A stretch of 64,000 nucleotides of DNA from Limosilactobacillus sp. (GTDB taxonomy: Bacteria > Bacillota > Bacilli > Lactobacillales > Lactobacillaceae). Below the pieces are notes generated by a model. The model was not told the origin of the DNA, made no database searches, and saw only the letters and a program-made list of their open reading frames with translations. Below, piece after piece: positions 50,989 through 61,569 of this stretch (positions are counted from its first letter, which is position 1; the number at the start of each line of letters is the position of its first letter). The DNA lies in assembly GCF_030530845.1 (NCBI RefSeq), contig NZ_JAUMUE010000001.1. One strand, 5' to 3'. Made by a program: the position numbers and the translations under genes.

Positions 50989-51465
50989 ATGAAATTTGGG
51001 AAAAAGAACCTAAACATTGTATTAATCGCATTATTGGCACTTGGATTAGCCGGATGTGCAAGCAACGATTCCGCATCCAGCAAGAACAACACCAAGACCA
51101 CTAGTGCTAAGACAACTCACGCTAAGAAGGCTTCAGATAAGCAAAGCCAATCATCATCAGTTGCTAGCTCATCTTCAACTAACCAAAGCAGTGATTCTAG
51201 TGATGGAGATAGTTCAGACTTAACTGTAGACATGCAACATATCCTCGTATACAAGGATGACCAAGGACGCATTCACCACGTTGATTGGGATCTTAACGAT
51301 ATCATTTCTGTGCCTGGTCAAAAGGAAACACATGCCGAATACGCACAAACTCCATTCCCAAAGAATGCGAAGAAATACGCTTACTCTGATTTTCATTTCA
51401 ACACTGACAATACTCACAGTGATGAATGGATCTTACAATTCGACAAAGCCACACACCAATACTAA
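50989..51465 (+). CDS. lipoprotein, unknown function (paralog 2)
   Basis: Lipobox LAGC, a Ser-rich linker, and the same C-terminal domain (QGRIHHVDWD ... YAYSDFHFN ... WILQFDKATHQ). ATG 50989 follows AGGGGAGAG. Confidence 0.8.
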   Translation: MKFGKKNLNIVLIALLALGLAGCASNDSASSKNNTKTTSAKTTHAKKASDKQSQSSSVASSSSTNQSSDSSDGDSSDLTVDMQHILVYKDDQGRIHHVDWDLNDIISVPGQKETHAEYAQTPFPKNAKKYAYSDFHFNTDNTHSDEWILQFDKATHQY

Positions 51466-51708
51466 AATGCAAGTCTCCGCTCCACGCGGGGGCTTTTGTT
51501 TATTAAGTAAAACGGTACAATGAACATTAAAATTGTGATGAATCTTCGTTATTTAACGATAAATACGTTTTCAAACTTAGTATTGTTAAGTGACTTTACA
51601 GAATTTGCTTAAAAATTACAAAAAGATGAGAGTTTGATAGAAAAAATGTTGATTTTATAATATACTTTGAAATTGTAAATTCAAAAAAGAGAAGGGGATT
51701 TTTTAGTT

Positions 51709-53091
51709 ATGAAGAAATCTGCACCTGAGCTTCGGCGGTCAATGTCTGCCGGACAGATGGAAATGATTTCACTTGGTGGAGCGATTGGGGTCGGCCTCTT
51801 TATGGGTGCCACTTCAACCATTAAGTGGACTGGTCCATCCGTAATGCTCGCTTATGCATTTGTTGGTTTAATTCTTTATATTGTTATGCGTGCTTTAGGG
51901 GAAATGATCTACGTTAACCCTGGTACTGGTTCATTCGCTGATTACGCCACCGAATATGTTCACCCATTAGCCGGGTACATTGCCAAGTGGGCCAACGTCT
52001 TCGAATATATCGTCGTTGGGATGTCAGAAGTTGTGGCTGCCACAGAATATCTGAAGTATTGGTGGCCACACATGCAGACATGGATTGTGGGGATTATCAT
52101 CATTCTCTTCCTGGTACTTGCTAACTTGGCGAGTGCAAAGGCATATGGTTCCTTGGAATTCTGGTTTGCAATGATCAAGGTGATCACCATCATCTTCATG
52201 ATTCTCTTAGGTTTCATGGTCATCTTCTTCGGTGTTGGTCGTGGAGGTCACCCAACCGGATTCTCAAACCTTTGGGCACACGGCGGATTCTTTACTGGTG
52301 GTATTTCTGGTTTCTTCTTCTCAATGTCAATCATTGTGGGTTCATACGAAGGGATCGAATTGCTCGGTATTTCCGCTGGGGAAGTTGCCAACCCACAAGA
52401 AGCTGTCGTTAAGTCAGTTAAGTCCGTTCTGTTCCGGATCTTGATCTTCTACGTTGGTGCAATTTTCGTTATCGTTACTATCTACCCTTGGAACCAATTA
52501 AGCTCAATTGGTTCACCATTCGTATCAACTTTCGCCAAGGTTGGTATCACCGCTGCCGCATCAATCATTAACTTTGTTGTGTTGACTGCCGCATTGTCAG
52601 GTGCCAACTCAGGTATCTACAGTTCTTCACGGATGCTCTTCAAGTTAGCCCACGAAGGAGATGCTCCTAGCGTCTTCGGTCGTTTGTCAAAGCGTGTTGT
52701 TCCTCACGCTGCCATCTTTGGTATCACTGGTGGTATTTTGATCGGTTTCGTTATCAACTTGATCGCTGCCAACTACAACAAGTCAGCTTCTGACCTGTTC
52801 GTGATCGTCTTCAGTTCATCAGTTCTGCCGGGGATGATTCCTTGGTTCGTTATCTTACTCGCTGAATTACGGTTCCGCCGTCACAATTCAGAATTGATGA
52901 CTGACCACCCATTCAAGTTGCCGCTCTACCCATTATCAAACTACTTCGCATTCATTATGTTGATCGTGATCGTTATCTTCATGTTCATCAACCCAGAAAC
53001 TCGTGTATCAGTTATCGCTGGTGCCTTGGTATTAATCATTGCGGTTCTGGTTTACATCATGCGTCACGGTTTGAGTCGTGAACGGGCATAA
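51709..53091 (+). CDS. amino-acid permease (APC/AAT family, 12 TM)
   Basis: 460 aa. LRRSMSAGQMEMISLGGAIGVGLF signature of amino-acid/H+ symporters. Substrate cannot be determined from sequence. Confidence 0.85.
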   Translation: MKKSAPELRRSMSAGQMEMISLGGAIGVGLFMGATSTIKWTGPSVMLAYAFVGLILYIVMRALGEMIYVNPGTGSFADYATEYVHPLAGYIAKWANVFEYIVVGMSEVVAATEYLKYWWPHMQTWIVGIIIILFLVLANLASAKAYGSLEFWFAMIKVITIIFMILLGFMVIFFGVGRGGHPTGFSNLWAHGGFFTGGISGFFFSMSIIVGSYEGIELLGISAGEVANPQEAVVKSVKSVLFRILIFYVGAIFVIVTIYPWNQLSSIGSPFVSTFAKVGITAAASIINFVVLTAALSGANSGIYSSSRMLFKLAHEGDAPSVFGRLSKRVVPHAAIFGITGGILIGFVINLIAANYNKSASDLFVIVFSSSVLPGMIPWFVILLAELRFRRHNSELMTDHPFKLPLYPLSNYFAFIMLIVIVIFMFINPETRVSVIAGALVLIIAVLVYIMRHGLSRERA

Positions 53092-53212
53092 AATTAAATT
53101 CAACCAGGCTTTCGGCGTTATGTCGATTGCCTGGTTTTTCTTTTGAAGACATGTTAAAGCGCGGACTTTTGTAGTAAAATTTGATTTAGCTTATTTTCGA
53201 AAGGAACACATC

Positions 53213-54754
53213 ATGCGCAAGGAACGCTTCAAAATCCAACATAACCAACTTATCCAGGTGGTGCGGGCAATTGTGATTGGGCTCTTAACTGGTCTGGTCG
53301 TTAGCCTTTTTCGCCTGGCCATCCAGCACTCACTCCAACTGGTGAAGGGGAGTTTTCAATACTTCCACCACAACCCCAGTGGACTGATCTGGTGGGCGCT
53401 TGGATCGGTCATCGTGGCCTTGATCTTGGGTTGGATTACGCAGCGTTACCCTGATATCAAAGGTTCCGGAATTCCCCAGGTTGAGGGACAGCTGATGGGC
53501 CAATTTGAAGAACACTGGTGGCCAGTCTTATGGCGCAAGTTCTTCGGTGGGATTATCTCAATCGGTTCAGGGCTTTTCCTTGGTCGTGAAGGTCCGTCCA
53601 TTCACCTGGGTGCGACGGTTGGTCAGGGGGTTGCTGAATACCTCCATGCTGGTAAATTAAACCGCCGTCTGGGAATCGCTAATGGTGCGGCTGCCGGCTT
53701 ATCCGCGGCTTTTAACGCACCAATTGCCAGCACGATTTTCATCCTGGAAGAGGTCTACCACAACTTCTCGCCGATTATTTGGTTGGCAACCTTCGTGAGT
53801 GCTTTGTGCTCGAATATGGTTTCACTGAGCATCTTCGGACTGCACCCGGTCTTGGATGTACAATACAAGCACATGCTACCAACGCGCCTCTACTGGCACC
53901 TGCTGATCTTAGGGCTGCTCTTGGGTCTGCTGGGTCGCCTGTACCAGGTTGTGATCCTGCGCCTCGACAAGTGGACGTCTTGGTTCAAGTGGGTTCCACC
54001 ATTCGCGTATCCCGTCGTACCGTTTCTGCTGGTGATTCCGATCGCCTGGTACGCACCGGTGACGCTGGGTGGTGGTAACGAACTGATTACCAGCTTATCG
54101 GGTATGCCGTTCTCGCTGAAGCTTTTTGCGACATTGTTCATACTACGGTTCGTGTTCTCTATGATCAGTTACAGTTCACAATTGCCGGGTGGGATCTTCC
54201 TGCCAATCCTGACGCTGGGTGCGGTCTTTGGTTCTGTCTACTGCGCAATGATGTTACGCCTCGGCTTGCTTCCAGCGACCTACTTGCCAAACTTCATCAT
54301 TTACTCGATGGCCGGCTACTTTGCCTGCATCTCAAAAGCGCCATTTACCGCGATTCTACTGATTACGGAAATGGTGGGGTCACTGGCGCACTTGATGCCA
54401 TTAGCGATCGTGGCGATGGTGGCATACCTGGTTGTTGATGGGCTCCACGGTGAACCTGTCTACACAGCGATGTTCAATAATTTCATCGGTAAACATCAAC
54501 GTCCATACCAAAGCGATATCGAAATTTTGGTAACAATCTACGCCGGTTCGTACTTGGACGGCAAGAAGATTGCGGACTATCACTGGCCAGAAAATAGTAT
54601 CGTGACGACGATCTACCGTGGCGAACAACGGATTATTCCAAATGGGCAAACCGAGCTGACGGCGGGCGATACACTCGTGATCCAAGCACGGCAAAGCAAA
54701 ACTTCGGAAATTCAATCCGAAATTATGACGGCAGCCCATTACGCTGATGTATAG
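53213..54754 (+). CDS. ClC-family H+/Cl- antiporter with C-terminal TrkA-C (RCK_C) domain
   Basis: GSGIPQ, GREGP (gating Glu), and GGIFLP motifs. C-terminal roughly 80-aa RCK_C-like domain. Confidence 0.88.
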   Translation: MRKERFKIQHNQLIQVVRAIVIGLLTGLVVSLFRLAIQHSLQLVKGSFQYFHHNPSGLIWWALGSVIVALILGWITQRYPDIKGSGIPQVEGQLMGQFEEHWWPVLWRKFFGGIISIGSGLFLGREGPSIHLGATVGQGVAEYLHAGKLNRRLGIANGAAAGLSAAFNAPIASTIFILEEVYHNFSPIIWLATFVSALCSNMVSLSIFGLHPVLDVQYKHMLPTRLYWHLLILGLLLGLLGRLYQVVILRLDKWTSWFKWVPPFAYPVVPFLLVIPIAWYAPVTLGGGNELITSLSGMPFSLKLFATLFILRFVFSMISYSSQLPGGIFLPILTLGAVFGSVYCAMMLRLGLLPATYLPNFIIYSMAGYFACISKAPFTAILLITEMVGSLAHLMPLAIVAMVAYLVVDGLHGEPVYTAMFNNFIGKHQRPYQSDIEILVTIYAGSYLDGKKIADYHWPENSIVTTIYRGEQRIIPNGQTELTAGDTLVIQARQSKTSEIQSEIMTAAHYADV

Positions 54755-54819
54755 AAATCCGCGACTAGATATGATATGATGTTATAGATATAGCGGGTAT
54801 AAATTAGGAGGAAAGTTCC

Positions 54820-55059
54820 TTGTACAATACTTTAATGACAATCTTTCTTATCGTATGCGTAGTGCTGATTGCATGTGTTATGATGCAACCAGCAAAGACC
54901 GACAATGATGCCATGTCTGCATTAACGGGTGGTGCCGGAGACTTGTTCTCACGGCGTAAGTCCCGGGGATTTGAAGCTGTCATGCAAATTGTTACTACAA
55001 TTTGTGGGGCATTGTTCTTCATCTTGGCATTAGCGTTAATTTACGTATCATCACATTAG
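54820..55059 (+). CDS. secG: preprotein translocase subunit SecG
   Basis: 79 aa, 2 TM, central GGAGDLF motif. TTG start lies 8 nt after AGGAGG. Sits in the secG-rnr-smpB order. Confidence 0.88.
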   Translation: MYNTLMTIFLIVCVVLIACVMMQPAKTDNDAMSALTGGAGDLFSRRKSRGFEAVMQIVTTICGALFFILALALIYVSSH

Positions 55060-55166
55060 ACTTTTAGTTTGCCCCCTGCTGCAGCGCTTCAGGGGGTGTT
55101 TTTATTAATTCGACTACTTATCGACTAGTGGAGACACTGGCCAAATTTCAATAAATGAGGTAGGAA

Positions 55167-57545
55167 ATGACAAGTAATACACCAAAATTGCAAGAAACAA
55201 TTTTAGAATTTTTAACCAAAAACGCGGGCGTAAGTTACTCAGCTGAACGGATCGCTCACGCAATGGACATGGACAATGCTGACCAATTCACGCCAATTAT
55301 TCAGGCACTGGCCCAACTCGAACGTGACAAGAAGGTGCGGGTGACTGATAAGGGTGAATTCGAAGCGATCATCAAGGAAGCCCCAATCGTCGGTACTTTC
55401 CATGGTAACGACAAGGGATTCGGTTTCGTGGAATACGACCCTGACCTTCCTGATATGTTCATCAACCCTGACCACACTATGCACGCCTTGAACGGTGACC
55501 AAGTTGCTGTGAAGGTATTGCGTCCCGGTGATCCAGCAGCCGGACAAGGCCCTGAAGCCCAAGTTATCAAGATCATCGAACACAATTACGACAAGGTGGT
55601 TGGTGAATTCAAGCAAGAAACTGTCGGCGGATTCATCGGTGAAGTGATCTTAAAGGACAAGAAGCTGGCCAAGTACCGCTTCTTTGTTACTGACAAGGGT
55701 CTCAAGCCAATGGATGGTGAGGTCGTGACCGCTACGATCGATACTTATCCAAGTGACGATTCTCCAGAAGCAATGACTGGTACCGTCAATGAAGTTATCG
55801 GTAACCGCGACGAACCGGGCATCGACATTCTGCAAGTGATCTACTCACACGATGTTCCACATGAATTCCCACAAGATGCCATGGATCAAGCCAACGCTAT
55901 TCCACTCCACGTGCTTCCAGAAGAAAAGGTCGGTCGTAAGGATATTACTAACCAACCACTGGTCACCATCGACGCCATCGAATCAAAGGACTTGGATGAT
56001 GCCGTGGTCGCATGGAAGATGGAGAATGGCCACTACCACCTTGGTGTTCACATTGCCGATGTGAGTCACTACGTCAAGCCTGGTACGCCATTGGACAAGG
56101 AAGCCTACAAGCGTGGTACTTCTGTCTACCTGACTGACCGGGTGGTGCCAATGCTGCCAAAGCGCCTGTCTAACGGTATTTGTTCACTTAACCCTGGCGA
56201 AGAACGTCTGGCCATGAGTTGTGAAATGGAAATCGATGAACAGGGACGGATCGTTAATCACAAGATCTTCCAAAGTGTGATGCGTTCACACGCCCGGATG
56301 ACCTACAAGGCAGTTAACAAGATCCTCGAATCCCACGACGAAAAGACGATCGAACAATACAAGGACCTCGTACCAATGTTTGAGACGATGGGAGAACTTC
56401 ATAAGATCCTCTTGAAGAGTCGGAAGCGTCGTGGTGCCATCGACTTCGAAGCACCAGAAGCTAAGATCATCGTGGACGAAACTGGTCACCCAATCGACAT
56501 TCAATTGCGTGAACGGGGCACTTCAGAACGGATGATCGAATCATTCATGCTGGCCGCAAACGAAACGGTCGCTGAACACTACTTCAACGAACACGTGCCA
56601 TTCTTGTACCGGATCCACGAAACACCTGACAAGGACCGGATCAAGAACTTTGTCGAATTCTTGAGCGTCTTCGGCATCGACGTCCACGGTGACATCAACA
56701 ACATCAAGCCAAAGATGTTACAACAAGTCTTGAAGGACGTTGCAGGAAAGCCAGAAGAACAAATGGTCCAAGTGATGATGCTGCGGAGTATGCAACAAGC
56801 CAAGTACTCAGATGAAGAACTGGGTCACTTCGGTTTGGGTGCCAAGTACTACACTCACTTCACTTCACCAATCCGTCGTTACCCCGATGACACTGTTCAC
56901 CGTTTGATCAAGTGGTACGACGAAAAAGGTAAGGACGAACACGCTAAGGCTGCTTGGCGCGACCGTTTGCCAGAAATCGCCGACCACACTTCTACCACGG
57001 AACGTCGTGGGATCGATACTGAACGTGATGTTGATAGTATGAAGAAGGCTGAATACATGGCTGACCATGTCGGTGAAACCTTCGATGCGGTTGTTAGCTC
57101 TGTTATGAAGTTCGGTCTCTTCGTGGAATTAGAAAACACCTGTGAAGGGTTGATTCACATCAGCGCAATGCAGGATGACTACTACGAATACTCTGAAAAG
57201 CACATGGCCTTGATTGGTCGCCGGACTCACCGGATCTTCCAAATCGGTCAACCTATCAAAGTACGCCTCAACCGGGTTGACAAGGACCTGCGTGAAGTTG
57301 ATTTTGAAATGGTCAACCCAGAAGACGCACCAAAGACCAAGATCCGTGTTCCTCACGACAATGACAACCGTCGCCGTGGTGGGGGCAACAAGGACAAGCG
57401 TCGCGGAAATTATGGTCACGTAAAGCGTCGAGATCACCGTCAAAACAACGGCCACGTCAACAAGCGTCAAATCAACCGTGGACAAACGCGTCACCACAAT
57501 AATTCTTCACACGACAACCACACTGAGGGTCGCCGTCGTCACTAG
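55167..57545 (+). CDS. rnr: ribonuclease R
   Basis: 792 aa with cold-shock-like N-domains, an RNB catalytic domain (DLDDAV..., SPIRRYPD), an S1 domain, and a basic Arg/His/Asn-rich tail. Confidence 0.95.
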   Translation: MTSNTPKLQETILEFLTKNAGVSYSAERIAHAMDMDNADQFTPIIQALAQLERDKKVRVTDKGEFEAIIKEAPIVGTFHGNDKGFGFVEYDPDLPDMFINPDHTMHALNGDQVAVKVLRPGDPAAGQGPEAQVIKIIEHNYDKVVGEFKQETVGGFIGEVILKDKKLAKYRFFVTDKGLKPMDGEVVTATIDTYPSDDSPEAMTGTVNEVIGNRDEPGIDILQVIYSHDVPHEFPQDAMDQANAIPLHVLPEEKVGRKDITNQPLVTIDAIESKDLDDAVVAWKMENGHYHLGVHIADVSHYVKPGTPLDKEAYKRGTSVYLTDRVVPMLPKRLSNGICSLNPGEERLAMSCEMEIDEQGRIVNHKIFQSVMRSHARMTYKAVNKILESHDEKTIEQYKDLVPMFETMGELHKILLKSRKRRGAIDFEAPEAKIIVDETGHPIDIQLRERGTSERMIESFMLAANETVAEHYFNEHVPFLYRIHETPDKDRIKNFVEFLSVFGIDVHGDINNIKPKMLQQVLKDVAGKPEEQMVQVMMLRSMQQAKYSDEELGHFGLGAKYYTHFTSPIRRYPDDTVHRLIKWYDEKGKDEHAKAAWRDRLPEIADHTSTTERRGIDTERDVDSMKKAEYMADHVGETFDAVVSSVMKFGLFVELENTCEGLIHISAMQDDYYEYSEKHMALIGRRTHRIFQIGQPIKVRLNRVDKDLREVDFEMVNPEDAPKTKIRVPHDNDNRRRGGGNKDKRRGNYGHVKRRDHRQNNGHVNKRQINRGQTRHHNNSSHDNHTEGRRRH

Positions 57546-57559
57546 AATGGAGGGATAAT

Positions 57560-58030
57560 ATGGCCAAAAAGTCCCAACAAAACAACGATAACGTAATTGC
57601 ACAAAACAAAAAGGCCCGCCACGACTATTCCGTTTCTGAAACAGTCGAAGCTGGCCTGGTGCTGACGGGAACTGAAATCAAGTCCGTCCGCGCCCACCGC
57701 GTTAACTTAAAAGATGGTTTCGCCCAAATCCGTAACGGTGAGGCCTGGCTGATGAATGTTCACATTAGCGAATACGCTCAAGGGAACATCTTCAACCAAG
57801 ACCCACTCCGTAACCGGAAGCTCCTTTTGCACAAAAAGGAGATCGCAAAGCTGGCCGTCGCACTCCAAGACAAGGGTGTGACACTGGTGCCACTCAAGAT
57901 GTACATCAAGAACGGCTATGCTAAGGTTCTCATGGGTGTCGCAAAGGGTAAGCACGAATACGACAAGCGTGAATCCATCAAGCGCCGTGAACAAAACCGT
58001 GAAATCGAACGGGTTATGAAGCATTACTAA
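57560..58030 (+). CDS. smpB: SsrA-binding protein
   Basis: NKKARHDY... GTEIKS ... LLLHKKEI signature. Confidence 0.95.
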   Translation: MAKKSQQNNDNVIAQNKKARHDYSVSETVEAGLVLTGTEIKSVRAHRVNLKDGFAQIRNGEAWLMNVHISEYAQGNIFNQDPLRNRKLLLHKKEIAKLAVALQDKGVTLVPLKMYIKNGYAKVLMGVAKGKHEYDKRESIKRREQNREIERVMKHY

Positions 58031-58070
58031 AAGAAATGGTCGAGAGTACGAGACTCTCGACCATTTTTCT
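58031..58070. terminator. bidirectional terminator (smpB / convergent gene)
   Basis: AAATGGTCGAGAGT acgag ACTCTCGACCATTT followed by TTCT. Confidence 0.85.
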
Positions 58071-58617
58071 ATCTCTTCAACCGCATCTCCATTCCCCAAT
58101 TATTGGCGAGGGTGCGGTTTTTGAATTTAATTTTGTTTAGATCGAACTGACCGGTGCGTGCCCAGTGGTCCAGTACGCTGGCAATGAGGATGGCAAGGGG
58201 TTCGTCGGATTGTTGGCTGACACGGAGCTCATGGCAATAGGTGCCGGATTTCTCGACCGGGCGGAGGTCAAAGACGAGCTTGTTGGCAGCGAAGACCTTA
58301 TAGCGACTGCCGAGTGGGGAGCCGACGATGATCCAGTTGAGACCACGGATGTAGACGACTTGGCGGACAAACCCGAATGACTTGCCGACGACACCGACGC
58401 GCTGGTGATTTTGGTACAAACCAAATTTTGGCAGGAGCCCGAGCGAAAGTTGCTTGACTTCAGCCAGCAGGTTACCATTCATGGCGTACAGTGATAAGAC
58501 GTCGTGATGCATTCCCCATTTTCCGGCGAGCAGGTAACAAGAGCGACCTTGCTCATCGCGAATAACCGTTGTACCACCCAGACTACTACCATGATCACGG
58601 ATATATAATTGACGCAC
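58069..58617 (-). CDS. LURP-one-related / tubby C-terminal-like (YxjI-like) protein
   Basis: 182 aa, no TM or signal peptide. Assigned from the general beta-barrel pattern (repeated short beta-strand motifs) and from size. This is a weaker, recall-based call. Confidence 0.45.
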   Translation of the reverse strand: MRQLYIRDHGSSLGGTTVIRDEQGRSCYLLAGKWGMHHDVLSLYAMNGNLLAEVKQLSLGLLPKFGLYQNHQRVGVVGKSFGFVRQVVYIRGLNWIIVGSPLGSRYKVFAANKLVFDLRPVEKSGTYCHELRVSQQSDEPLAILIASVLDHWARTGQFDLNKIKFKNRTLANNWGMEMRLKR

Positions 58618-58765
58618 GAACTCACCACCATTCTTCGTTAGATTCTATTCTTATAATACCAGTTTGGCCGGAGAAAACATAATTTTAACAAAACAAAAAG
58701 CGGTTACAATCTACTGTTACCGCTATCTTGGTTATGGTAGAATTATAGCGAGGTGCAAAATACTG

Positions 58766-59455
58766 ATGAAACAATTAATAAACAACGACTGGTGGCAAGT
58801 ACTTAAGCCCCAGTTTGAAAGTTCATATTATTTACAACTCCACGAATTTTTGAAGGAGGAGTACAGCACGCAGACCGTCTATCCGGAGATGCATCATATT
58901 TTCCAAGCATTCGAATGGACGCCTTTTAGTGATGTCAAGGTTGTTATCTTGGGACAAGACCCATACCACGGCCCGCATCAAGCGCATGGCTGTAGTTTCT
59001 CGGTATTGCCAGGGGTTGCGCTTCCACCATCCTTAAGAAATATCTATAAGGAATTACAGAGTGATGTTGGCTTCAAGCCAGTTAATCACGGATATCTCAA
59101 GCATTGGGCTGACCAGGGGGTGCTCCTTTTGAACTCGGTTTTGACTGTCCGAGACGGGGAAGCATTCTCACACAAGGGCCACGGATGGGAACAACTGACG
59201 GATGCAGCGATTCAGGCACTGTCTGAACGCAAACAACCTGTTGTCTTCATCCTGTGGGGCAATGCGGCGCGTAATAAGAAAAAGTTGATCAATACAGAGA
59301 CCAACATTATCATTGAATCGCCACACCCTAGTCCACTGTCTGCGAGTCGGGGATTTTTCGGCTCACGTCCATTTTCCAAAACCAACACGGCGCTGGAAGC
59401 CATGGGTGAGACACCGATTGACTGGCAACTTCCGGAACATCCGGACGTTGATTAG
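58766..59455 (+). CDS. ung: uracil-DNA glycosylase
   Basis: [16 protein letters not shown] and ESPHPSPLS motifs. ATG 58766 follows GAGGTG; the track ORF from 58664 is an extension. Confidence 0.95.
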   Translation: MKQLINNDWWQVLKPQFESSYYLQLHEFLKEEYSTQTVYPEMHHIFQAFEWTPFSDVKVVILGQDPYHGPHQAHGCSFSVLPGVALPPSLRNIYKELQSDVGFKPVNHGYLKHWADQGVLLLNSVLTVRDGEAFSHKGHGWEQLTDAAIQALSERKQPVVFILWGNAARNKKKLINTETNIIIESPHPSPLSASRGFFGSRPFSKTNTALEAMGETPIDWQLPEHPDVD

Positions 59456-59482
59456 CCACGAACAATCTAGGAGGAAATTGTA

Positions 59483-60454
59483 ATGGAATTATTCGAAGAA
59501 ATCGCAGCTAAAGTTAAGGGTACTGACAAGACCATTGTTTTTCCAGAAGGTGAAGATAAGCGTGTGCTCGGCGCTGCAGTCCGTTTGCACAACGACGACC
59601 TTCTGACACCAATCCTACTCGGTAAGCGTGCGGAAATCGAACAAACTGCTAAGGACAACGGCTGGGACATCTCTGCTTTGACCATCTTGGACCCTGCAGA
59701 ATATCCAGAAGCTGACAAGAAGGAAATGTTTGACGCACTTTCTGAACGTCGGAAGGGCAAGAACACCCCAGAACAAATCGAAGAAATGCTCAAGGACGTA
59801 TCCTACTTTGGTACTATGCTTGTGTACATGGGCAAGGCTGACGGTATGGTCTCCGGTGCGGTTCACTCCACTGGTGCCACTGTTCGTCCTGCACTCCAAA
59901 TCGTGAAGACTAAGCCAGGTTCTCACCGTATCTCTGGTTCATTCCTGATGATCAAGGGCGACCAACGCTACATCTTCGCTGACTGTGCCATCAACATCGA
60001 ACTCGACGCTGAAACTATGGCAGAAGTTGCAGTACAAAGTGCAGAAACTGCAAAGGTCTTCGGTATCGATCCTAAGGTGGCAATGCTGAGCTTCTCAACT
60101 AAGGGTTCTGCAAAGGGCGACATGGTTACCAAGGTTGCCGATGCGACTGAAAAGGTTCACGAATTGGCACCAGACCTCGCCGTTGACGGTGAACTTCAAT
60201 TCGACGCTGCCTTTGTTCCAGAAGTTGGTGAATTAAAGGCTCCGGGCTCATCAGTTGCCGGTCACGCCAATGTCTTCGTCTTCCCAAGCCTTGAAGCTGG
60301 TAACATCGGCTACAAGATTGCACAACGGTTCGGTGGATTCTCCGCTGTCGGCCCAATTCTGCAAGGTTTGAACGCCCCAATCGCTGACCTGTCACGTGGT
60401 TGCAGCGAACAAGACGTATACGACGTTGCATTGATCACCGCAGCCCGTGCATAA
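59483..60454 (+). CDS. pta: phosphate acetyltransferase
   Basis: 323 aa. IVFPEGEDKRVL..., ADGMVSGAVHST, and GLNAPIADLSRG motifs. Confidence 0.93.
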   Translation: MELFEEIAAKVKGTDKTIVFPEGEDKRVLGAAVRLHNDDLLTPILLGKRAEIEQTAKDNGWDISALTILDPAEYPEADKKEMFDALSERRKGKNTPEQIEEMLKDVSYFGTMLVYMGKADGMVSGAVHSTGATVRPALQIVKTKPGSHRISGSFLMIKGDQRYIFADCAINIELDAETMAEVAVQSAETAKVFGIDPKVAMLSFSTKGSAKGDMVTKVADATEKVHELAPDLAVDGELQFDAAFVPEVGELKAPGSSVAGHANVFVFPSLEAGNIGYKIAQRFGGFSAVGPILQGLNAPIADLSRGCSEQDVYDVALITAARA

Positions 60455-60580
60455 TTAAATCAATCATTATTTGGACTGACACTTTCCGTGGTGCCGGTCC
60501 TTTTTTGTCAGCCTTGCTACTTTGTTTTCCTACCTGAATGGGCTACAATAAGACAAGCAATTATTTGTCGAGGTGAAATT

Positions 60581-61039
60581 ATGAAGACTGTTGAAATGGA
60601 AAGTCGTGAGGCCACAATCGCACTGGGAGAAAAGATCGGCCGTCAGTTGACTGCGGGCGACGTCTTGGTATTAGATGGTGACCTTGGTGCGGGCAAGACT
60701 ACCTTTACCAAGGGATTAGCACAGGGTCTTGATATTTCTGAAATCGTCAAGAGTCCAACCTTCACCATCGTTCACGAATACCACGATGGCCGTCTTCCGC
60801 TCTACCACATGGACGCATACCGTCTGGAAAATGGGGGCGGGGATGATCTCGGCCTGGAAGAATACTTCGATAGTGATGGTGTCAGTGTTGTTGAATGGGC
60901 CCAATTTGTGGAAGATGAGCTGCCAGCCGACTTTATGGCAATCCACTTCAAGCGAACCGGTGATGACAACAAGCGGTTCCTGGAATTCGAACCCCACGGC
61001 GCACACTTCGAACAACTTGTAGCATCGGTGGTGGAATAA
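60581..61039 (+). CDS. tsaE: tRNA t6A biosynthesis ATPase TsaE
   Basis: LDGDLGAGKTTFTKG Walker A and SPTFTIV..Y...HMDAYRL motifs. ATG 60581 follows GAGGTG. Confidence 0.9.
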   Translation: MKTVEMESREATIALGEKIGRQLTAGDVLVLDGDLGAGKTTFTKGLAQGLDISEIVKSPTFTIVHEYHDGRLPLYHMDAYRLENGGGDDLGLEEYFDSDGVSVVEWAQFVEDELPADFMAIHFKRTGDDNKRFLEFEPHGAHFEQLVASVVE

Positions 61040-61530
61040 TGGCAGATGAAGTAACACTCAAGCTCGCTGGTGCAGAAGACGCAGCTGGACTCCTTAAGTT
61101 CCTACGCCAAGCATCCACGGAGAGTGACGCAATTTTGATTCCTTACCTCGACCAAATCACCGTTGAACGAGAAGCTCAAGATCTGGCGAACATCCAGGAA
61201 AATCCCGACTCGTTGATGTTGTTGGCAAAACTGGGTGAAGAAACGATTGGTGTTTTGACGATCATGGTGATGCCGGAATTTGAAAGCCGGGGGGAACTAG
61301 GCGTGGTTGTTGGTAAGGATTACTGGCATAACGGAATCGGCAGTCTCCTAGTCGACGAGTCCCTTTACTGGTTCGACAATTTCTGCCCACTGGAAGAGCT
61401 ATATCTCGACGTATACGCAGATAATCTCAATGCCATCAAGCTCTACCAAAAGTTTGGTTTCACAGAGATCGGCCGGACGACAGATCAAGAAGGTCGCAAA
61501 CTGATCCAAATGACTTACGAACACAATTAA
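61039..61530 (+). CDS. GNAT-family N-acetyltransferase
   Basis: 163 aa. HNGIGSLL ... AIKLYQKFGF acetyl-CoA motif. TAATG overlap with tsaE. Confidence 0.8.
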   Translation: MADEVTLKLAGAEDAAGLLKFLRQASTESDAILIPYLDQITVEREAQDLANIQENPDSLMLLAKLGEETIGVLTIMVMPEFESRGELGVVVGKDYWHNGIGSLLVDESLYWFDNFCPLEELYLDVYADNLNAIKLYQKFGFTEIGRTTDQEGRKLIQMTYEHN

Positions 61531-61569
61531 AAATACCGCTAGGACGTTAATCCTAGCGGTATTTCTTTT
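61529..61569. terminator. bidirectional terminator
   Basis: AATACCGCTAGGA cgttaa TCCTAGCGGTATT flanked by A/T runs. Confidence 0.85.

Noticed and set aside
53092-53212. Fluoride (crcB) riboswitch upstream of the ClC gene
   Set aside because: No conserved crcB-motif sequence is present. The ClC has canonical GSGIP/GREGP motifs of Cl-/H+ exchangers rather than CLC-F features.
51709-54754. APC permease + ClC as an acid-resistance module
   Set aside because: There is no amino-acid decarboxylase in the neighbourhood, the two genes are separated by a terminator (about 53102-53140), and the permease substrate is unknown. The adjacency alone is not evidence.
57340-57545. Arg/His/Asn-rich low-complexity stretch at the RNase R C-terminus as a separate element or repeat
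   Set aside because: It is in frame with rnr and consistent with the basic C-terminal tail typical of RNase R.
58031-58700. tmRNA (ssrA) downstream of smpB
   Set aside because: I looked for a tRNA-Ala-like acceptor/T-arm and a tag reading frame. The region is instead occupied by a convergent protein-coding ORF and a terminator.
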